Shown here: positions 60,164-64,000 of the stretch, piece after piece
Numbering within the stretch: position 1 is the stretch's first letter
How the letters are laid out: the number at the start of each line of letters is the position of its first letter
Assembly (NCBI GenBank): GCA_054600435.1
Contig: BAAIJX010000044.1
Coordinates: 62,001-126,000 of the forward strand
DNA: 64,000 bases
Origin: Neophaeotheca triangularis
Lineage: Eukaryota
Direction of reading: 5' to 3'
Notes under the pieces: generated by a model
Told to the model about the DNA's origin: nothing
Database searches by the model: none
What the model saw: only the letters and a program-made list of their open reading frames with translations
Made by a program: the position numbers and the translations under genes

Positions 60164-60536
60164 AGATTCAGACTTTTACAGATATAATACAGTATAGTGT
60201 CTACATCTTCGTCTAGGGGGGCTATATAGCTAGAGGACAACGGCTTAAGGGGGTCAAGTCAGCTTTCTTAGTAAAGTATAGGGGATTGAATTAGGTCGTA
60301 CCCTACCCTATCTAGCTAGATAAGTTTTCGGAATCGAGAGATTTAGACTTTTACAGATATAATACAGTATAGTGTCTACATCTTCGTCTAAAGGGGCTAT
60401 ATAGCTAGAGGACGACGACTTAAGGGGTCGTATTAGCTTTCTTATCGAGATATAGGGATTGAATTAGGTCGTACCCTACCCTATCTAGCTAGATGAGTTT
60501 TCGGAATCGAGAGATTTAGACTTTTATAGATATAAT
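60164..60536. repeat. ~174-bp direct repeat: two full copies plus a truncated third
   Basis: Copies start at 60164, 60339 and 60512; the third stops after AGATATAAT at 60536. Confidence 0.92.
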
Positions 60537-63500
60537 TGCCCGAGCTTGCCTCGGGCCTATACTACTATACGGACCTTTAACAATTTGTACCCTAACGCTA
60601 AGGAATCGATTAGCTGTCGTTACTCTAGGGTTGTGTCATCGTAACATGACCTTAAGATTACGTGCGCTCCTTCGCTCTACTAAATATCTAATAAAAATGT
60701 AACATGACCTCTACCTTACGTGCCTACCTATATCTACTAAAAATCTATCAAAATCTATTCTCGAAACATTCTTATTTTTATAACATAAATCTAACATCAA
60801 ATATGACTACTATATAACTACATAACTACGCACTCCTCTATATAACAAGAAAGTGTGTTATAATAAGAATTGGAAAAACCTACGACACCTCTAGTGTACC
60901 TAAGGTCCCGTTTAGTCGACACTTAGCATTACTACATGTCGTATACTTAGATTTTTCACTGCTAACATTAATCTAATAACAACTACCTAACATTAATCTA
61001 ATAACAATACTATTATGTATCTATTAACAATTCCTACCCTTAACTTTAGGGAAGTCCCTATTAGTAACCTATTTCTCCTAATAAAAAGCTAATAGTAATA
61101 GAATTCCTAATAACCTCCTACTTTATACCCTCTTCGAACTCCGCGCTACGTTCGCTCGTACTATACCCTATTACTCCTAACAAAAGCCGCTAACGAGAAT
61201 CTAACAGAAATCTAATAATAATCGTTAAGCTATTTACTACTCCTAGTTCTTCTAATCTATCCTCAAACATTCCTTGAGTCCGTAGGAAGTTACTACTATT
61301 AACTTATTTCTCCTAATAAAAAGCTAATAACAATCTAATAGACACCTAGTACTATCCTATTAGTAGCCTTAAGCCCGTAGGAAGTCACTACCATTAACCT
61401 ATTTCTCCTAACAAAAAGCTAACAATAATCTAATAGACACCTAGTACTATCCTATTAGTACCCTTAACCTTAGGGAAGTCCCTATCCGTAAACTATTTCT
61501 CCTAATAAAAAGCTAATAGTAACTATATAGACACCTTATATTAGTAGTACGCGAATACCTTCCCTCTCTCCTCCCTCTAGGAAGTCTATACCTACATAAT
61601 AATAATATAACATTAACACGGTATAATAGAGGACCGCCACTATACAGCCTATTATAACAAACGACTAGTATCTAAGTTCTCGAGAGAACGTCGGGTGCTT
61701 AAGACATGTAACTCTTACCGCAATTAGAATCAAAAGGCTATAACAAAATTCCGGACATCTAGCCCCTATTATAGCGAGGACGATACTATTACCATAGGAT
61801 ATCGGATCCCTAGTTAAGAGACCGTATAATAATAGTATACGAGGCGTGAAACCGCTACGTCCTACTACTAGTAACGGTATACTAACATTTAGTAGGCACG
61901 CGTGTAAAACCCTTATCCCTAGACGCCTCTTCGTCCTTATATGCCTCTCTATCCCTAGGAGCCTTATTATCCCTAGGAGCCTTACTACCCCTAGGAGCCT
62001 TCCTATTTAGAGGCTCCTCCCTAACTATAACCTACCCCCCTAGAGGCATCGTTAGACCCTCTACGCGAAGGCGCGTATATTGCTCTAACTAAATATTACC
62101 CTCCCTCGAGCCTATAAGATCTCTCTTAACTAGTAGTCTCTAGTCGTGATTAGGACAAAATCTAGTAGTAGTTAGCGACTTTAGATCGACGGGAGCAACA
62201 TTACTACTCCCGCTATAGGGAGCTTTAGTTCGACCTCTCTTTATAACATAGCGTTTACTAAAGGTACCTTGCTCGCGACCGAGCTAAGCCTAAATCCGAG
62301 CCCTTCCTTATATTCTTCGAAAACAATATAGATCTAGGAGATATGCCTAATCTCCTAGAACTTATAGATATTAAGCAGCTTCTTATTACCCCTATCTATA
62401 TTAGTATGTACATGTACTACGTTAAAGGCATATAGTACTAGTATAAAGGCTATATTATAACCTTCCTCTACGACATTCCTAACATTATTACTATACTACC
62501 CTGACTCCCTATAGAATGTGATCTCGTGCTTATCTGCCCCTAGTAGAGTTATAGTGATAGGGGAGACAATGTTATCCGATAGTTCAAACGAGCATTTACT
62601 GTCTATCGACAGAATGTGTAGCGCTAGCTAGAGTTCCTCTACTAACACTATCCTAGCTTCCGCGACATCTCTATTAATTAGTCGCGTCTTATATAGTTAC
62701 TAAATAATGCTAACGTCTTTCATAATATCTAAACGATTGTAGAGCTAGACGATACCTGTAATACCGATGCGATGTTTAATAGCGTCGCTAATAAGGACCT
62801 TAAGTAGGAGATTAAGCATTACACTATTCCTAATACCTAACTACCCTATAGCAAACTTAAGGATCTTAGACTTAGTACGTCTCGTTCCTAACAACAAACA
62901 ATAGTTTTTATTATTATCCGTTAAGTAACCCGCTAGTCCCTACCTAGCTAAAGCTACCTGCCTATTTCTTTTACTCATATAGATCTTTCCTGTTTATTAC
63001 TACTACTCCCCTCCTAACAAGAATGTTTATTTTTGTTATTAGAAACTAACTGTCTTCTAGGACTCGGTATTAACTATAGAAACCTTATGCCGGATATCTA
63101 GTGGCTATGGCTTAAAACACTTCGCTATTCTACATAGGGGCGCGGCTAAAGGATTTTCTCCCTTACATTTCCATATCTTTTCCTACGTAGCTATATAGAC
63201 TAGGCTATTCCTCGCCGTCGAATAACTAGGCTTACCTTTCTTATATAGACCTAGTACCTCCTTTAGTTCTATAATAGACAGTTTACGAAGCACGACAAGT
63301 TTTGCTACGCTATGTTTAATACCTAGATAAGGGATCTTAGTAGTGGCCGCTCGCGATAGATACTGAACTGTAAGAATAGTGTCCCTCTATCGCTCGATAA
63401 GCTACGTGACGCTCTTATAGAGGAAGCGCCGTAGGCCTAATCGCTTATAAACCAAATCGTCTATAGCGTAAGTAATATTAAGGGCATCTGTCTATTCTAG

Positions 63501-63693
63501 AGCCGTCGTCGCTGCGAGCTGTCTATATACATATATACCCTAGGGAAGCCTACCTTTTTCTTTACTTTTAGCGCTACTAATACCTAGTAGCACGATATCT
63601 AGAAGTACTTCCTAGACTACTAGTAGTAGAAACATAGTAGTGACTCTAAGAGGTACTATATTAACCGCCGTAACGTACGCGTATACCCCTATG
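60537..63693 (+). mobile_element. RIP-inactivated non-canonical Helitron (DUF6570-like domain + Helitron Rep N-terminal region), 5' portion
   Basis: Mentally reversing the RIP changes gives ENN(M)D(P)GDMPNL(P)EL(T)DI(E)QLLI(A)P..VKG.(Q)Y.YKG(H), FTV.RQNV.R(W)LEFL..H.P, L(A)FPYLFP, (DG).F.KHDKF and KG..(P)F(W)SRRR.EL...LGKP.FFFTFSA(AD)T(QW)HDI; a 5'-terminal hairpin is present. Confidence 0.85.
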
Positions 63694-64000
63694 TGTTACG
63701 AACACTACGCTATGCCTAGTGTATAATAAGGAATGCTTAGTAGAACCTATAGTTATAGGACAGAGCACATTTAGGTCATATGACGTGCTTACCTCTACTT
63801 AGTACTCACCTTTAACTAAGTACTACTAAGTAATAGAGTAATGCTTACCTCTACTTAGTACTTACCTTTAACTAAGTATTACTAAGTAATAGATTATAAT
63901 GATTAGAGAAATGAATCTCCTTTATATTTAGGTAGTGATATTTCCTAGATAGAGATTTATGTTTAAATTATATTACAATCTTACTAAAAGGTCTATAGCG
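63694..64000. mobile_element. Probable start of an LTR (retrotransposon) nested in the Helitron
   Basis: The Rep-like frame stops abruptly at TGTTACGA, a typical fungal Ty3/Gypsy LTR start; followed by a GGTCAYRTGAC-like motif and a ~56-bp internal duplication at 63786-63893. Confidence 0.45.

Overview
Eukaryotic DNA from a filamentous ascomycete, probably a Dothideomycete of the Mycosphaerellales/Capnodiales type (short GT-AG introns with CTRAY branch sites, a Zymoseptoria-like CYP51B, RIP signatures; the taxonomy is my inference). Conserved-looking genes: PQ-loop transporter, GT34 glycosyltransferase, metallophosphoesterase, CMD/AhpD protein, CYP51, DPP5, aspartyl aminopeptidase, IES2, PEX14/17 (PEX33), an uncharacterised conserved fungal protein, and a GH1 glucosidase that carries an in-frame stop. 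Accessory-looking blocks lie between them: a decayed region with a CpG-depleted DUF3716-like gene, a NACHT-ankyrin NLR, a C2H2-ankyrin protein, a MARVEL-like gene and several unusual minisatellite arrays. The last 5.3 kb is AT-rich, RIP-mutated repeat DNA: a 15-bp satellite, 174-bp repeats, a non-canonical Helitron with a hairpin at its 5' end, and probably a nested LTR. The most unusual window-wide signal is a repeated sharp switch from C/A-rich to G/T-rich sequence inside the core genes. No tRNA, rRNA or CRISPR array was recognised. All family assignments come from motif recognition by eye; no searches were run.
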